The notes: generated by a model not told the origin, from the letters alone. A DNA stretch of 64,000 nucleotides from an uncultured bacterium (GCA_945873205.1 CAMCCC010000006.1:11414-75413), one strand, 5' to 3'. Shown: positions 43,524 through 55,379, numbered from the stretch's first letter. A program made the numbers and translations.

Positions 43524-45083
43524 ATGAGCGCATCGACTGAAAAGAAACTCCGTCAGGCCGCCCGCGAGGCCGGCACTGACAAGAAAACCCTGGCATTGGA
43601 GAAGGAAGCCAAGGAAAAGGCAAAGCAGAAGCGCCGCTGGACCCTGGGTACCATCGGGGTCTGCCTGCTGATCGCCCTGATCCTGTTCCTGAATTCCAAC
43701 GTGCTGTTCAAGAGCACCGCCCTCACCGTGGGCGATGAGAGCTACTCTGCCTCGGAGATGAGCTATTACTACGCCAACCAGTACTATTACTGGGCCAACC
43801 AGTACGGCAGCTACGCCTCCCTCTTCGGGCTGGACACCTCCGGCGGCATCAAGGGCCTGGATAAGCAGTCCTGCGCCATGGCCGGTGAGGGCGTGAGCTG
43901 GAAGGATTACTTCCTGGAAAATGCCCAGAATGAGCTGATCCAGGAAAAGGCCCTGCGGGACTATGCCGCCCAGAACGGCATCGAGCTGAGCCAGGAGGAT
44001 CTGGACGCTGTGGAGAGCAGCTTTGACGGCATGGATGAATACGTCCGCTCCCAGGGCTATGCCAATGCGGACAAGTTCTTCGCCGCCAACTACGGCACCG
44101 GCGTGAACACCAACACGGTGCGCCAGGCTTACCGCAATTCCGCTCTGGCCTCCAAGGCCCTCACCAGCTACTCCGAGTCTCTGGAGTACAGCCCGGCAGA
44201 GCTGAAGGAGCAGTACGCCAGCTATAACGGCGAGATGGATTACTTCGACCTGGCCTATTACTATGTGGCCGCGGAAAAGACCGAGGTGGCCGGTGAAAAC
44301 GGCGAGACCACCCAGGAAGTGACCGCCGAGGCCCTGGCCGCCGCAGAGGAGACCGCCAAGGCCATCCAGGCCGCCTACAGCGAGGGCAAGGAGGAGGACT
44401 TCGCCGCCCGCCTTGACCAGGCAGTGGCCGGCCAGGTGGCGGACGCCGTCAGCAACCACTCCACCAACACCCAGGGCTCCGGCATCAACGCCGCCTACAA
44501 GGACTGGGCCATGGACGCCGCCCGGAAGGCCGGGGACATCACCCTCACCGTGGACAGCAACGACAGCGGCTACTATGTGGTGGTGTATATCGGCCGTGAG
44601 AACAATGACTACAACCTGGCCCAGGTCCGCCACATCCTGGTAAAGGCCGAGGCTGACGCCGACGGCAACTACACCGAGGAAGCCAAGGCCGCCGCCCTGG
44701 CCAAGGCTCAGGAGATTCTGGCCGAGTATGAGGCCGGGGACAAGACCGAGGAAAGCTTTGCCGCCCTGGCGGAGCAGTATTCCGAGGACAGCGGCTCCAA
44801 CACCAACGGCGGGCTGTACGACAGCGTGATCAAGGGCCAGATGGTGGCAGAGTTCAACGACTTCTGCTTTGCCAATCATAAGCCGGGCGACACCGCCATC
44901 GTCTACGGCGAAAGCGGCAGCTACGCCGGCTACCATGTGATGTACTATGTGGGCGAGGGCGACAATTACGCCCAGCTTATTGCCCGCAACGACCTGGTGA
45001 ACCAGGCCGTCAGCCAGTGGCTCAGCGAGCTTACCGCCCCCTACACCGCCACTGCCGGCTTCGGCATGCGCTTTGTTGGATAA
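43524..45083 (+). CDS. membrane-anchored parvulin-type peptidyl-prolyl isomerase (PrsA/SurA-like foldase)
   Basis: ORF track, 519 aa. N-terminal TM and a C-terminal PPIC rotamase domain VRHILVKAE...YSEDSGSNTNGGLY...GQMVAEFNDF...YHVMYYVG. Confidence 0.8.
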   Translation: MSASTEKKLRQAAREAGTDKKTLALEKEAKEKAKQKRRWTLGTIGVCLLIALILFLNSNVLFKSTALTVGDESYSASEMSYYYANQYYYWANQYGSYASLFGLDTSGGIKGLDKQSCAMAGEGVSWKDYFLENAQNELIQEKALRDYAAQNGIELSQEDLDAVESSFDGMDEYVRSQGYANADKFFAANYGTGVNTNTVRQAYRNSALASKALTSYSESLEYSPAELKEQYASYNGEMDYFDLAYYYVAAEKTEVAGENGETTQEVTAEALAAAEETAKAIQAAYSEGKEEDFAARLDQAVAGQVADAVSNHSTNTQGSGINAAYKDWAMDAARKAGDITLTVDSNDSGYYVVVYIGRENNDYNLAQVRHILVKAEADADGNYTEEAKAAALAKAQEILAEYEAGDKTEESFAALAEQYSEDSGSNTNGGLYDSVIKGQMVAEFNDFCFANHKPGDTAIVYGESGSYAGYHVMYYVGEGDNYAQLIARNDLVNQAVSQWLSELTAPYTATAGFGMRFVG

Positions 45084-45091
45084 AAAACCTA

Positions 45092-45120
45092 CCCCTGCCG
45101 CAAACCGGCAGGGGTATTTT
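45092..45120 (+). terminator. intrinsic terminator after the PrsA-like gene
   Basis: cccctgccg-caaac-cggcagggg followed by TATTTT. Confidence 0.65.
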
Positions 45121-45144
45121 AGTAAACGATACAGGAGAAGCGTT

Positions 45145-45855
45145 ATGGACGAAAGAACGATCCGGGCAGGGATGCTTTTGGGCGAGGGCGCCATGGAAAA
45201 GCTCCGGCGCAGCCATGTGGCGGTGCTGGGGCTGGGGGGCGTTGGCTCCTGGTGTGCGGAGGCGCTGGCCCGCTGCGGCATAGGAACGCTGACGCTGATG
45301 GACGAGGACACCGTCAGTCTCAGCAACACCAACCGGCAGCTCTGCGCTCTCAGCTCCACCCAGGGGATGAGCAAGGCGGAGGTGCTGGCAGCGCGCATCC
45401 GGGACATTAACCCCGCCATCGACGTACGCCCCATTACCGGCCGCTATGAGGCGGACAGCCGGGAGGCTTTTTTCGCCGGCTATGACTTTGTGGTGGACGC
45501 CATCGACCTGGTCAGCTGCAAGGTGGACCTGATCCTCTCCTGCCGGGAGCGGGGCATCCCCATCGTTTCCGCCCTGGGTACCGGCAACAAGCTGGACGCC
45601 CAGCAGCTGCGCATCAGCGACATTTCCAAGACCAGCGGCTGCGCCCTGGCCAGGGTGGTGCGCAAGGAGCTGCGCAGCCGGGGTGTGAACCACCACCCGG
45701 TGGTGTTCAGCCCGGAGGAGCCCACCGCCCCGGAGCAGTGGGAAGCGCCGCCCCCCGGGCGGCGGAGCATCCCCGGCTCCCTGGTGTGGGTGCCGGCCAC
45801 GGCGGGAATGCTGCTGTGCCAATATGTGGTGACGGAGCTGGTGAAGGAAAATTAA
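45145..45855 (+). CDS. tcdA: tRNA threonylcarbamoyladenosine dehydratase (ThiF/E1-like)
   Basis: ORF track 45073..45855, trimmed to ATG 45145 (AGGAGAAG RBS). VAVLGLGGVGSWCAEALARCGIGTLTLMDEDTVSLSNTNRQ dinucleotide fold. Confidence 0.8.
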   Translation: MDERTIRAGMLLGEGAMEKLRRSHVAVLGLGGVGSWCAEALARCGIGTLTLMDEDTVSLSNTNRQLCALSSTQGMSKAEVLAARIRDINPAIDVRPITGRYEADSREAFFAGYDFVVDAIDLVSCKVDLILSCRERGIPIVSALGTGNKLDAQQLRISDISKTSGCALARVVRKELRSRGVNHHPVVFSPEEPTAPEQWEAPPPGRRSIPGSLVWVPATAGMLLCQYVVTELVKEN

Positions 45856-46547
45856 GCGAAGAAAATGCTCCAGGCGATGCAGAGCTGGGCGCCGTAATAG
45901 CTGATGTGGATAAGCCAGTTCAGGCCGAAGCGCCGGTCCTCCCCGAAGCAGTAAGCGCAGAGCACATTGTCACTGAGGACGAAGCCCACAGCGCCCAGGG
46001 CCATCAGAAGAGTGGAGGCGCCGGGCGCTTTCACCGCTGCCGCGCAGGCAGAGGCCGCCATGAAGCACACCAGGGCGATGTACACCGCGGCACTGAGGCG
46101 CTGGGGCCCCCGGTGACTCCCTTTGACGCCGGCATACACCCCGGACAGGCCCAGCAGCAGGATGAACAGAAGCAGTGCGGTGTCAAGCATCGGCCCGCCC
46201 CGCTGAAAGGCGGCCCAGGTATACAGGCCATGGCCCAGGGCAAAGGCGAAAGCCCCGGCGCTGAACCAGGCGTCGTGCCGGTCCGGCCGGAGAAAGCGGA
46301 GCGCCAGCAGCTCATCCCCCACAAGCCCCAGGAACAGGCCCGGAACCAGCTTCCAGGCATAGGCCCCATCGCTGCAGCGGAGGGATGCCGTCAGGCCAAG
46401 GAACACAAAGCACAGCGACGCTGCCCCCTTATACCAGATGGCCCGGCCGTAATCCTCCGCCCGGCTGGCAGCCATAAAGCTGCGCATACAGGAGAAGCAG
46501 GCCAGGGTCATGGCCAGCGCCGCAAAAATCACAAGCGTTTGAGACAT
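45852..46547 (-). CDS. YhhN-family (lysoplasmalogenase-like) membrane protein
   Basis: ORF track, 231 aa. Polytopic; GLVGDELLA and VLSDNVLC motifs resemble the two YhhN signature D-containing blocks. Confidence 0.55.
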   Translation of the reverse strand: MSQTLVIFAALAMTLACFSCMRSFMAASRAEDYGRAIWYKGAASLCFVFLGLTASLRCSDGAYAWKLVPGLFLGLVGDELLALRFLRPDRHDAWFSAGAFAFALGHGLYTWAAFQRGGPMLDTALLLFILLLGLSGVYAGVKGSHRGPQRLSAAVYIALVCFMAASACAAAVKAPGASTLLMALGAVGFVLSDNVLCAYCFGEDRRFGLNWLIHISYYGAQLCIAWSIFFA

Positions 46548-46695
46548 GGTGATGCTCTCTCCTTTTTATACACTATATGAACATCTTAACAGTTCTTTCC
46601 ATAATTGTAAACAGGGGCGGAAACTTTTGGCGGCTTCCCTCCGTCTGAAAAAGTGAGGACAATCCTGCCAAATGAAGGAAATGGAGGACAAGAAA

Positions 46696-47670
46696 ATGAA
46701 AAAGAGCCTATCCCTGCTGCTTGCCTTGCTGATGACCCTGTCCCTCTGCGCCTGCGGGGCGGGAAGTAAAAGCGCTTCCTACGAATATGCCTCAGAAGCC
46801 CCCGCTGCCGCGTATATGAGTGCGGACATGGCCGCCGAGGAGGCGGGCTACGGCGGCTTTTCCGCCGCTGAGGGCGCCAACACCGCCGGTGAGCCCGGCT
46901 CCGACGCGCCGGAAACAGACCCCTCCAAAATCATTTATTCCGCCAGCGCCACCGTGGAGACCACGGATTTTGACGGCAGCATCGCAAAGCTGCTGGCCCT
47001 GGTGGAGGAGAACAAGGGCTGGGTCGAAGCCAGCAGCATGAGCGGCGCCAACTACCGCAGCATCGCCCGGGGCAGCAGCTACAACCGCAGCGCGTCCTAC
47101 ACTCTGCGCATCCCCAGCGATAAGTTTGAGCTGTTGATGGGCAGCCTTTCCCAGATCGGCAACGTGCCCTACAGCCACACTTACACCGAGAATGTCACCA
47201 GCCAGTACTACGACACCCAGGCCCGGCTCACCGCCTACCAGACCCAGGAAACCCGGCTGCTGGAGATGATGGAAAAAGCGGAGACCGTCAGCGATGTGAT
47301 CGCCATTGAGGAAAAGCTGACGGAGCTGCGCTATCAGATCGAGAGTCTCCAGTCCGCCCTGAAAAACTGGGACCGGCAGGTCAGCTACAGCACCATCGAC
47401 CTGGAGGTGATGGAGGTCAGCGAGTACACGCCGGAGCCCCAGCAGAGCTATGGCCAGGAGCTGTGGCAGGCCCTCACCGGGGCGTTCCGGAATCTGGGCC
47501 AGTTCTTCAAGGACCTGCTGGTGTTCCTGGTGTCCGCCATCCCCACCATCCTGGTGCTGACGGCATTGTTCTTTATCTTCCGCCCCCTGTTCCGCAAGCT
47601 GGCCGCCCGGCGCCGGGAGAAGAAGGCCCAGCGGCAGCAGGCCAAGGCCGGGACGGAGAAAAAGGAATAA
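46696..47670 (+). CDS. DUF4349-like lipoprotein with C-terminal TM anchor
   Basis: ORF track 46672..47670, trimmed to ATG 46696 (GGAGGA RBS). Lipobox LSLCACG, a central coiled-coil-like region, a C-terminal TM LLVFLVSAIPTILVLTALFFIF, and a basic tail. Confidence 0.6.
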   Translation: MKKSLSLLLALLMTLSLCACGAGSKSASYEYASEAPAAAYMSADMAAEEAGYGGFSAAEGANTAGEPGSDAPETDPSKIIYSASATVETTDFDGSIAKLLALVEENKGWVEASSMSGANYRSIARGSSYNRSASYTLRIPSDKFELLMGSLSQIGNVPYSHTYTENVTSQYYDTQARLTAYQTQETRLLEMMEKAETVSDVIAIEEKLTELRYQIESLQSALKNWDRQVSYSTIDLEVMEVSEYTPEPQQSYGQELWQALTGAFRNLGQFFKDLLVFLVSAIPTILVLTALFFIFRPLFRKLAARRREKKAQRQQAKAGTEKKE

Positions 47671-47721
47671 AAAATATTTCAAAAAAATAAAGGGAAATAA
47701 AAGCAAAGGTCGTATAAGAGT

Positions 47722-47760
47722 AACGGGAGGCAAAATTGTCCTCCCGTTCCTTTTCGTTTG
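47722..47760 (+). terminator. intrinsic terminator after the DUF4349-like gene
   Basis: aacgggagg-9 nt-cctcccgtt followed by CCTTTTCGTTT. Confidence 0.6.
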
Positions 47761-47793
47761 ACCCATTGAATAACAGGGAAGCAGGTGAGCGCC

Positions 47794-48798
47794 ATGTCCT
47801 GTCCCCGCCGGGAACGAGAAATAGCCGAGCACACCATCATCGGGCCTTATGGTATTCTGTCCGAAAACAGCAAAGGCCGCCTGAAGCCGGAGCCGGAGTG
47901 CGAGATCCGCACCTGCTTTCAGCGGGATATTGACCGCATCACCCACTCCAAGGCCTTCCGCCGCCTGAAGCACAAAACCCAGGTGTTTCTGCAGCCGGAG
48001 GGGGACCATTACCGCACCCGCCTGACCCACACCCTGGAGGTCAGCCGCCTGGCACGGACGGTGGCCCGGGCGCTGAACCTGAACGAGGACCTGGCGGAGG
48101 CCGCCGCCCTGGGCCACGACCTGGGCCACACCCCCTTCGGCCACGCCGGGGAGCGGGCGCTGAACCGAATCTACCCCGGCGGCTTCAAGCACTATGAGCA
48201 GAGCCTGCGTGTGGTGGACATTCTGGAGCGGGACGGCCGGGGCCTGAACCTCTGCTACGAGACCCGCATGGGCATCCTGCACCACACCCACGGCCAGCCG
48301 GATGACACGCCGGAGGCCACGGCGGTGCGGCTGTGCGACAGGATCGCTTACATAAACCACGATCTGGACGACTCCATCCGGGCGGGAATTATCCAGGCCG
48401 ACAAGGTGCCGGAGATCATCCGCCGTAACTGCGGGGAGCGAAACAGCGAGCGGATCAATTCCCTGCTCACCGACCTGATCCGAAACAGCGGGGAGGGCCA
48501 GCTGCGCATGTCCCCCGAAATGCAGGCAACCTTTGACTTTTTCCACAGCTATATGTACTCCGACGTATACACCAATCCCCTGGCCAAGGGGGAGGAGAGC
48601 AAGGTGGACGGTATTCTGGCCCGGCTTTACGAATACTATGTGAAGCACCCGGAAAAGCTGCCGGAGGATTTTGCCGGCGTCATCGAGGGCGAGGGCGTGG
48701 AGCGGGCCGCCTGCGACTACATCTCCGGCATGACCGACGGCTATGCCATGGAGAAATACGGGGAGCTGTTCATCCCCTTCGCCTGGACCGTCAAGTAA
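47794..48798 (+). CDS. dgt: dGTP triphosphohydrolase-like HD-domain protein
   Basis: ORF track 47785..48798, trimmed to ATG 47794 (AGGTGA RBS). FQRDIDRITHSKAFRRLKHKTQVF...DHYRTRLTHTLEV...GHDLGHTPFGH. Classic position upstream of dnaG. Confidence 0.85.
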   Translation: MSCPRREREIAEHTIIGPYGILSENSKGRLKPEPECEIRTCFQRDIDRITHSKAFRRLKHKTQVFLQPEGDHYRTRLTHTLEVSRLARTVARALNLNEDLAEAAALGHDLGHTPFGHAGERALNRIYPGGFKHYEQSLRVVDILERDGRGLNLCYETRMGILHHTHGQPDDTPEATAVRLCDRIAYINHDLDDSIRAGIIQADKVPEIIRRNCGERNSERINSLLTDLIRNSGEGQLRMSPEMQATFDFFHSYMYSDVYTNPLAKGEESKVDGILARLYEYYVKHPEKLPEDFAGVIEGEGVERAACDYISGMTDGYAMEKYGELFIPFAWTVK

Positions 48799-48819
48799 AC
48801 ACAGTCAGGAGGTGGGCCC

Positions 48820-50562
48820 ATGGCCTTTCCTGAAAATTTCATAACCGAGCTGACCGACCGCAACGACATTGTGGAGGTGGTGTCCTCCTATGTGCGGCTG
48901 AGCAAGCGCAGCGGGGCCAACCTTTTTGGCCTGTGCCCCTTTCACAGCGAGAAAACCCCCTCCTTCTCCGTATCGCCGGACAAGCAGATCTATCACTGCT
49001 TCGGCTGCGGCAAGGGCGGGGGTGTGATTAACTTCATCATGGAGGTGGAGAACCTCTCCTTCCCGGAGGCGGTGGAGTTTCTGGCAAAGCGGGTGGGGAT
49101 GCCCCTGCCGGAGGAGACCAACGACCGGGAAAGCAGAAAGCGCGCCCGGATGCTGGCGCTGAACAAGGAGGCCGCCCGCTTCTTTTACAGCCAGCTTTCC
49201 ACCCCCGCCGGGGCCGCCGCCTGCGACTATATGCGCCAGCGGCAATTGAGTCCGGCCACGGCCAGGCGTTTTGGCCTGGGCTTCGCACCGGACAGCTGGA
49301 ACAGCCTGACCGACGCCATGAAGGAAAAGGGCTTCACCGAATACGAGCTGGCAGACGCGGGGCTGGTGCGCCGGGGCAAAAACGGCGGGGTGTACGACAC
49401 CTTCCGCAACCGGCTGATGTTCCCGGTGATCGACGTGCGGGGCAATGTGATCGGCTTTTCCGGGCGCATCCTGGGGGAGGGCGAGCCCAAGTACATGAAC
49501 AGCCCGGAAACCCTTGTGTTCAACAAAAGTCGGAACCTTTTCGCCCTGAATCTGGCTAAAAAATCAAAATGCGGATATATAATCCTATCAGAGGGCAATA
49601 TAGACGTAGCAAGCCTGCATCAGGCCGGCTTCGACTCGGCGGTGGCCTCCCTGGGCACCTCCCTGACGCCGGAGCAGGCTAGGCTCCTCTCCCGCTACAC
49701 CGACCAGGTGATCATCGCCTATGACAACGACGGCGCCGGCATCAAGGCCGCCCAGCGGGCCATCGGCATCCTGGAAAAGCTGGACCTGAAGGTGAAGGTG
49801 CTGCGGCTGGAGGGGGCCAAGGACCCGGACGAGTTTATCAAGCGCAAGGGGCCGGAGGCCTTCCGCAAGCTGCTGGAGGGTTCGGAGAATCAGGTGGACT
49901 ACCGGCTGCGCCAGGTCACTGCCAAATACGACCTGAGCGTGGACGAGCAGAAGGTGGACTTTTTGAAGGAGGCCACGGAGCTGGTGGCCCGGCTGCCGGG
50001 CACGGTAGAGCGGCAGGTCTATGCCATGCGGGTGGCCGCCATGGCCGCCGTGCCGGAAAACGTGGTGGCAGACGAAGTGGAGCGCCGCCGCAAGCGGCTG
50101 CTGTCCTCCGCCCGGAGGGCCGAGGACCGGCAGCAGGCCCGGCTGGACAGGGCGCCGCCCAGCGGCGGCAAGGCCATGCACTACGCCGACCCGGCCTCCG
50201 CCGCGGCGGAGGAGGGGGTCATCCGTCTGCTGTATCTGGAGCCGGGGCTGATCCGGGAGCCGGGGCTGCCGCCGCCGGAGGAGTTCTCTTCGCCGGAACT
50301 GGGGCACATCTATGCCGCCATGCTGGAAAAGCTGCGCCGGGGCGAGACGGCCAATACCGCCACCCTCAGCGAGGCGCTGAGCGGCGAGGAGATGAGTCTG
50401 TTGGTTTCCCTGCTGCAGAAGCCGGAGCTGCTGAACCGCAGCGGGCAAAGTCTCCGGGACTACATAGGCAGAATCAAAGAGCGCCGGGACGAGGCCGGGC
50501 AGGCCGGCGACCTGCGGGCGCTGGCCAACAGATACAGAGAGAAAAAAGGATATGAGGGATAA
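48820..50562 (+). CDS. dnaG: DNA primase
   Basis: ORF track, 580 aa. Zinc-finger [29 protein letters not shown] and the TOPRIM EGNIDV...YDNDGAG. Confidence 0.95.
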   Translation: MAFPENFITELTDRNDIVEVVSSYVRLSKRSGANLFGLCPFHSEKTPSFSVSPDKQIYHCFGCGKGGGVINFIMEVENLSFPEAVEFLAKRVGMPLPEETNDRESRKRARMLALNKEAARFFYSQLSTPAGAAACDYMRQRQLSPATARRFGLGFAPDSWNSLTDAMKEKGFTEYELADAGLVRRGKNGGVYDTFRNRLMFPVIDVRGNVIGFSGRILGEGEPKYMNSPETLVFNKSRNLFALNLAKKSKCGYIILSEGNIDVASLHQAGFDSAVASLGTSLTPEQARLLSRYTDQVIIAYDNDGAGIKAAQRAIGILEKLDLKVKVLRLEGAKDPDEFIKRKGPEAFRKLLEGSENQVDYRLRQVTAKYDLSVDEQKVDFLKEATELVARLPGTVERQVYAMRVAAMAAVPENVVADEVERRRKRLLSSARRAEDRQQARLDRAPPSGGKAMHYADPASAAAEEGVIRLLYLEPGLIREPGLPPPEEFSSPELGHIYAAMLEKLRRGETANTATLSEALSGEEMSLLVSLLQKPELLNRSGQSLRDYIGRIKERRDEAGQAGDLRALANRYREKKGYEG

Positions 50563-50566
50563 GAGC

Positions 50567-51820
<1,254 letters not shown>

Positions 51821-51896
51821 AACCGCAGGGCAGCAGCCCCTGTGATTAAATTACTCGTAATTTATGATAAATGATAAGGATATGGGAGATAGGACA

Positions 51897-53147
51897 ATGG
51901 CAGAAGAACATGTTTATACTGAAAAAGAGCTGAAAGAGATGGCGGATGCGCTTCTGAGAGAGGACGCCGCCCAGGCCGAGGCCGCCAAGCCCAAGCGCAA
52001 GGCAGGCAAAAAGAAGGAGGCTGAGGTGCCCAACCCCAAGACCCCGGAGGAGCGGCTCAATGAGCTGCTGGAAAAGGGCAAGAAGGCGGGCAAGCTCACC
52101 GCCAAGGAGCTGGAATGCATTGAGGAGCTGAACCTGGACAGCGAGGTGGAGGCCAAGTTCTACGAGACGCTGGAGGCCAACGGCGTGGACATTGACATCG
52201 CCGGGGCCGACCTGCTGCCCCCCATCGACGATGTGCTGCCGGAGGCAGAGGACCTGGCCGAGATCGAGGAGGTCACCGAGAAGGAGCTCAGCGAGACCGA
52301 AGCCCTGGCCGACGACTTCTTCACCGACGACCCGGTGCGGATGTACCTGAAGGAGATCGGCAAGGTGCCGCTGCTGACCCCGGAGGAGGAGATGGAGCTG
52401 GCGGTGCGGGTCTCCGCCGGGGACGAGGAGGCCAAGCGCCGCATGACCGAGGCCAACCTCCGTCTGGTGGTGTCCATCGCCCGGCGCTATGTGGGCCGGG
52501 GCATGGTGCTGCTGGACCTGATTCAGGAGGGCAACCTGGGCCTGATTAAGGCGGTGGAAAAATTTGACCACACCAAGGGCTACAAGTTCTCCACCTACGC
52601 CACCTGGTGGATTCGCCAGGCCATCACCCGCTCCATTGCCGACCAGGGCCGCACCATCCGTATCCCCGTACATATGGTGGAAACCATCAACAAGACCATC
52701 CGGGTCTCCCGCCAGCTTCTGCAGGAGCTGGGCCACGACCCCTCCGCCGAGGAGATCGCCAAGGAGATGGGGATGCCGGCGGAAAAGGTGCGGGATATCC
52801 TGCGCATCGCCCAGGAGCCGGTGTCCATGGAGACGCCCATCGGCGAGGAGGAGGATTCCCACCTGGGGGACTTTATCCCCGATGAGGACGCCTCCGAGCC
52901 CTCCGAGGTGGCCAGCTTCTCCCTGCTGCGGGAGCAGCTGGAGGAAGTGCTGGACACCCTGACCCCCAGAGAGAAGAAGGTGCTGGAGCTGCGCTTCGGC
53001 ATGGCCGACGGCCACAGCCGCACCCTGGAGGAAGTGGGCAAGGAGTTTAACGTCACCCGGGAACGCATCCGCCAGATCGAGGCCAAGGCCCTGCGGAAGC
53101 TTCGCCATCCCAGCCGCTCCAAGAAGCTGCGGGATTTCCTGAACTGA
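51897..53147 (+). CDS. rpoD: RNA polymerase primary-type (group 1-like) sigma factor, copy 2 (tandem paralogue)
   Basis: ORF track 51864..53147, trimmed to ATG 51897 (GGGAGATAGG RBS). It is colinear with copy 1 over its whole length and has an identical C-terminal 41 aa. Confidence 0.9.
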   Translation: MAEEHVYTEKELKEMADALLREDAAQAEAAKPKRKAGKKKEAEVPNPKTPEERLNELLEKGKKAGKLTAKELECIEELNLDSEVEAKFYETLEANGVDIDIAGADLLPPIDDVLPEAEDLAEIEEVTEKELSETEALADDFFTDDPVRMYLKEIGKVPLLTPEEEMELAVRVSAGDEEAKRRMTEANLRLVVSIARRYVGRGMVLLDLIQEGNLGLIKAVEKFDHTKGYKFSTYATWWIRQAITRSIADQGRTIRIPVHMVETINKTIRVSRQLLQELGHDPSAEEIAKEMGMPAEKVRDILRIAQEPVSMETPIGEEEDSHLGDFIPDEDASEPSEVASFSLLREQLEEVLDTLTPREKKVLELRFGMADGHSRTLEEVGKEFNVTRERIRQIEAKALRKLRHPSRSKKLRDFLN

Positions 53148-53184
53148 ACCATTCAACCCCTTGTCAAGGAAAGAAGAACCATCC

Positions 53185-54381
53185 ATGAAATACGATTTTA
53201 CCACCATTCTCGACCGGCGGGGAAAAGATTCCCTGGCCGCCGACAAAATCCCCTTTGAAGGGCTCTCTGTAGACCCCGGCTTTTCCCCCATCCCCATGTG
53301 GATTGCGGATATGAGTTTTGTCACCGCGTCGCCGGTGATGGAGGCCTTGTATAAGCGGCTGGAAATGCCCAACTTCGGCTATTTCCCCCTGCCGAAGGAA
53401 TACTTTGCCCGCATCATCCGCTGGCAGAGAAAGCGCAACGGCGTGGAGGGCCTGCTGCCGGAGCACATCGGCTATGAAAACGGTGTGCTGGGCGGGGTCA
53501 GCGCCGCGCTCCAGGCTTTCACCGCGCCGGGAGAAAAAATTCTTGTCCATTCCCCCACCTATGTGGGCTTCACCCACACCTTTGAGGACACCGGCCGGGT
53601 GGCGGTGCACTCCCCCCTGAAGCGGGACGAGGCGGGCGTCTGGCGCATGGACTATGAGGACATGGGCCGGAAGCTGAAAGAGCACAGCATCCACATGGCC
53701 ATCTTCTGCTCTCCCCACAACCCCTGCGGCAGAGTGTGGGAGCGGTGGGAGATTGAGAAGGCCATGGAGGTCTATGCCGCCAATGACTGCCTGGTGATCT
53801 CCGACGAGATCTGGTCCGACATCATTATGCCCGGCCACAAGCACATCCCCACCCAGAGCGTCTCTGCCGACGCAAGGGAGCGCACCATTGCCTTCTACGC
53901 CCCCAGCAAGACCTTTTCTCTGGCTGGGCTGGTGGGCTCCTACCATATTATTTATAACAAGTATCTCCGGGACCGGGTGGTGACCCAAAGCCGCCTGAGC
54001 CATTATAACGACTGCAACGTGCTCTCCGTCCACGCCTTGATGGGCGCTTTCAGCCCGGAGGGGGAGGAATGGACCGACGAAATGATCGCCGTGGTGGACA
54101 GCAACCTGGGCTACGCCTGCGACTTTATCAACGCCCACTTCCCCGGCGTGAAGGTGATGCGGCCCCAGGGCACCTATATGCTGTTTCTGGACTGCGGGGA
54201 CTGGTGCCGGCAGCACGGCGTCAGTATTCAGGAGCTGCAGGCTCGCGGCGTCCGCTGCGGCGTCATCTGGCAAAACGGCGAGGCCTTCTTCCACCCCGAT
54301 TCCATCCGCATGAACTTCGCCCTGCCCCATAGTCTGGCGGTGGAGGCCATGGACCGGCTGGAGAAATATGTGTTTATCTGA
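53185..54381 (+). CDS. patB: MalY/PatB-type PLP-dependent C-S lyase (cystathionine beta-lyase family)
   Basis: ORF track 53161..54381, trimmed to ATG 53185. MKYDFTTILDRRGKDSLAAD..., SPHNPCGRVW, YAPSKTFSLAGL (PLP-Lys) are hallmarks of MalY/PatB. Confidence 0.82.
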   Translation: MKYDFTTILDRRGKDSLAADKIPFEGLSVDPGFSPIPMWIADMSFVTASPVMEALYKRLEMPNFGYFPLPKEYFARIIRWQRKRNGVEGLLPEHIGYENGVLGGVSAALQAFTAPGEKILVHSPTYVGFTHTFEDTGRVAVHSPLKRDEAGVWRMDYEDMGRKLKEHSIHMAIFCSPHNPCGRVWERWEIEKAMEVYAANDCLVISDEIWSDIIMPGHKHIPTQSVSADARERTIAFYAPSKTFSLAGLVGSYHIIYNKYLRDRVVTQSRLSHYNDCNVLSVHALMGAFSPEGEEWTDEMIAVVDSNLGYACDFINAHFPGVKVMRPQGTYMLFLDCGDWCRQHGVSIQELQARGVRCGVIWQNGEAFFHPDSIRMNFALPHSLAVEAMDRLEKYVFI

Positions 54382-54391
54382 TATGTAACAG

Positions 54392-54420
54392 CAAGGCTCC
54401 CGGAAACGGGAGCCTTGATT
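54392..54420. terminator. bidirectional terminator between patB and sigG
   Basis: caaggctcccg-gaaa-cgggagccttg (54392-54417) with flanking A/T tracts. Confidence 0.65.
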
Positions 54421-55196
54421 TATGCGGAAATGTTTTTCTTGATCTGGTTGATGGCGTTCTTTTCCAGGCGGGAGACCTGGGCCTGGGAAATGCCCACCTC
54501 CTTGGCCACCTCCATCTGGGTGCGGCCGTCGTAGAAGCGCAGGGCCAGGATATGTTTTTCCCGCTGGCTCAGGCGCTTGATGGCCTCCTCCAGGGCGATC
54601 TGCTCCAGCCACTGCTCGTCGGTGTTTTTGGTGTCGCCGATCTGGTCCATGACGCAGGCGCTCTCCCCGGCGTCGCTGTACACCGGGTCGTAAAGAGACA
54701 CCGGGTCGCAGATGGCCTCCATGGCAAAGACCACGTCCTGCCGGGGCAGGCCCAGGTCCCTGGCGATGGCTTCCACGTCCGGCTCCCGGCCGGTCTGGGC
54801 GATGAGCCGCTCCTTGGACTGGAGCACCTTGTAGGCCGTGTCCCGCATGGAGCGGGAGACCCGGATGGCGCTGTGATCCCGCAAAAAGCGCCGCAGCTCA
54901 CCGGCGATCATGGGCACGCCGTAGGTGGAAAACTGCACCTTCTGGTTCAGGTCAAAGCAGTCCACCGCTTTGATCAGGCCGATGACCCCCACCTGGAACA
55001 GATCGTCCATGCTCTCGCCCCGGCCGGCGAACTTCTGGATCACCGACAGCACCAGCCGGAGGTTGCCGGAGATCAGCTCCTCCCGGGCGGCCATATCGCC
55101 CTGCTGCGCCCGCTCGATCAGGGCTCTGGTCTCCGCCGCCTTCAAAACAGGCAGCTTGGCGGTGTTCACACCGCAGATCTCAACTTTCCCCTGCAT
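54420..55196 (-). CDS. sigG: sporulation (forespore) sigma factor SigG
   Basis: ORF track 54420..55217, trimmed to ATG 55196 (AGGAGAAGG RBS). KVEICGVNTAKLPVLK, GNLRLVLSVIQKF, DDLFQVGVIGLIKAVDCFD and GISQAQVSRLEK closely track Bacillus SigG as I recall it. Confidence 0.85.
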   Translation of the reverse strand: MQGKVEICGVNTAKLPVLKAAETRALIERAQQGDMAAREELISGNLRLVLSVIQKFAGRGESMDDLFQVGVIGLIKAVDCFDLNQKVQFSTYGVPMIAGELRRFLRDHSAIRVSRSMRDTAYKVLQSKERLIAQTGREPDVEAIARDLGLPRQDVVFAMEAICDPVSLYDPVYSDAGESACVMDQIGDTKNTDEQWLEQIALEEAIKRLSQREKHILALRFYDGRTQMEVAKEVGISQAQVSRLEKNAINQIKKNISA

Positions 55197-55242
55197 AGCC
55201 TTCTCCTGTCTTTTCACTTGTGCTTCCCCTTGGGAATGTCCC

Positions 55243-55272
55243 TATTATTTCCCGGGCCGGGAAATTTGATAC
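55243..55272 (-). promoter_or_regulatory. forespore-type (SigF/SigG-like) promoter upstream of sigG
   Basis: Minus strand: GTATC (55272-55268), 15 nt, GGAAATAATA (55252-55243). This fits the recalled B. subtilis SigF pattern G(C/T)ATA-N15-GGnnAnAhTr. The spacer itself is an 8-bp palindromic hairpin. Confidence 0.4.
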
Positions 55273-55347
55273 CGGGGAAAAACTTCCAGCGGCGGCGGGA
55301 GCAGGCCGGAAAAAGCGCAAAAGCCTTGAAAAAGCAGAAAAAAGCCC

Positions 55348-55376
55348 TTGACAAAGGGGTAAAGTTGTTGTATTCT
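55348..55376 (+). promoter_or_regulatory. sigma-A type promoter of rplJ-rplL
   Basis: TTGACA (55348-55353), 17 nt, TATTCT (55371-55376). Confidence 0.55.
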
Positions 55377-55379
55377 AAT

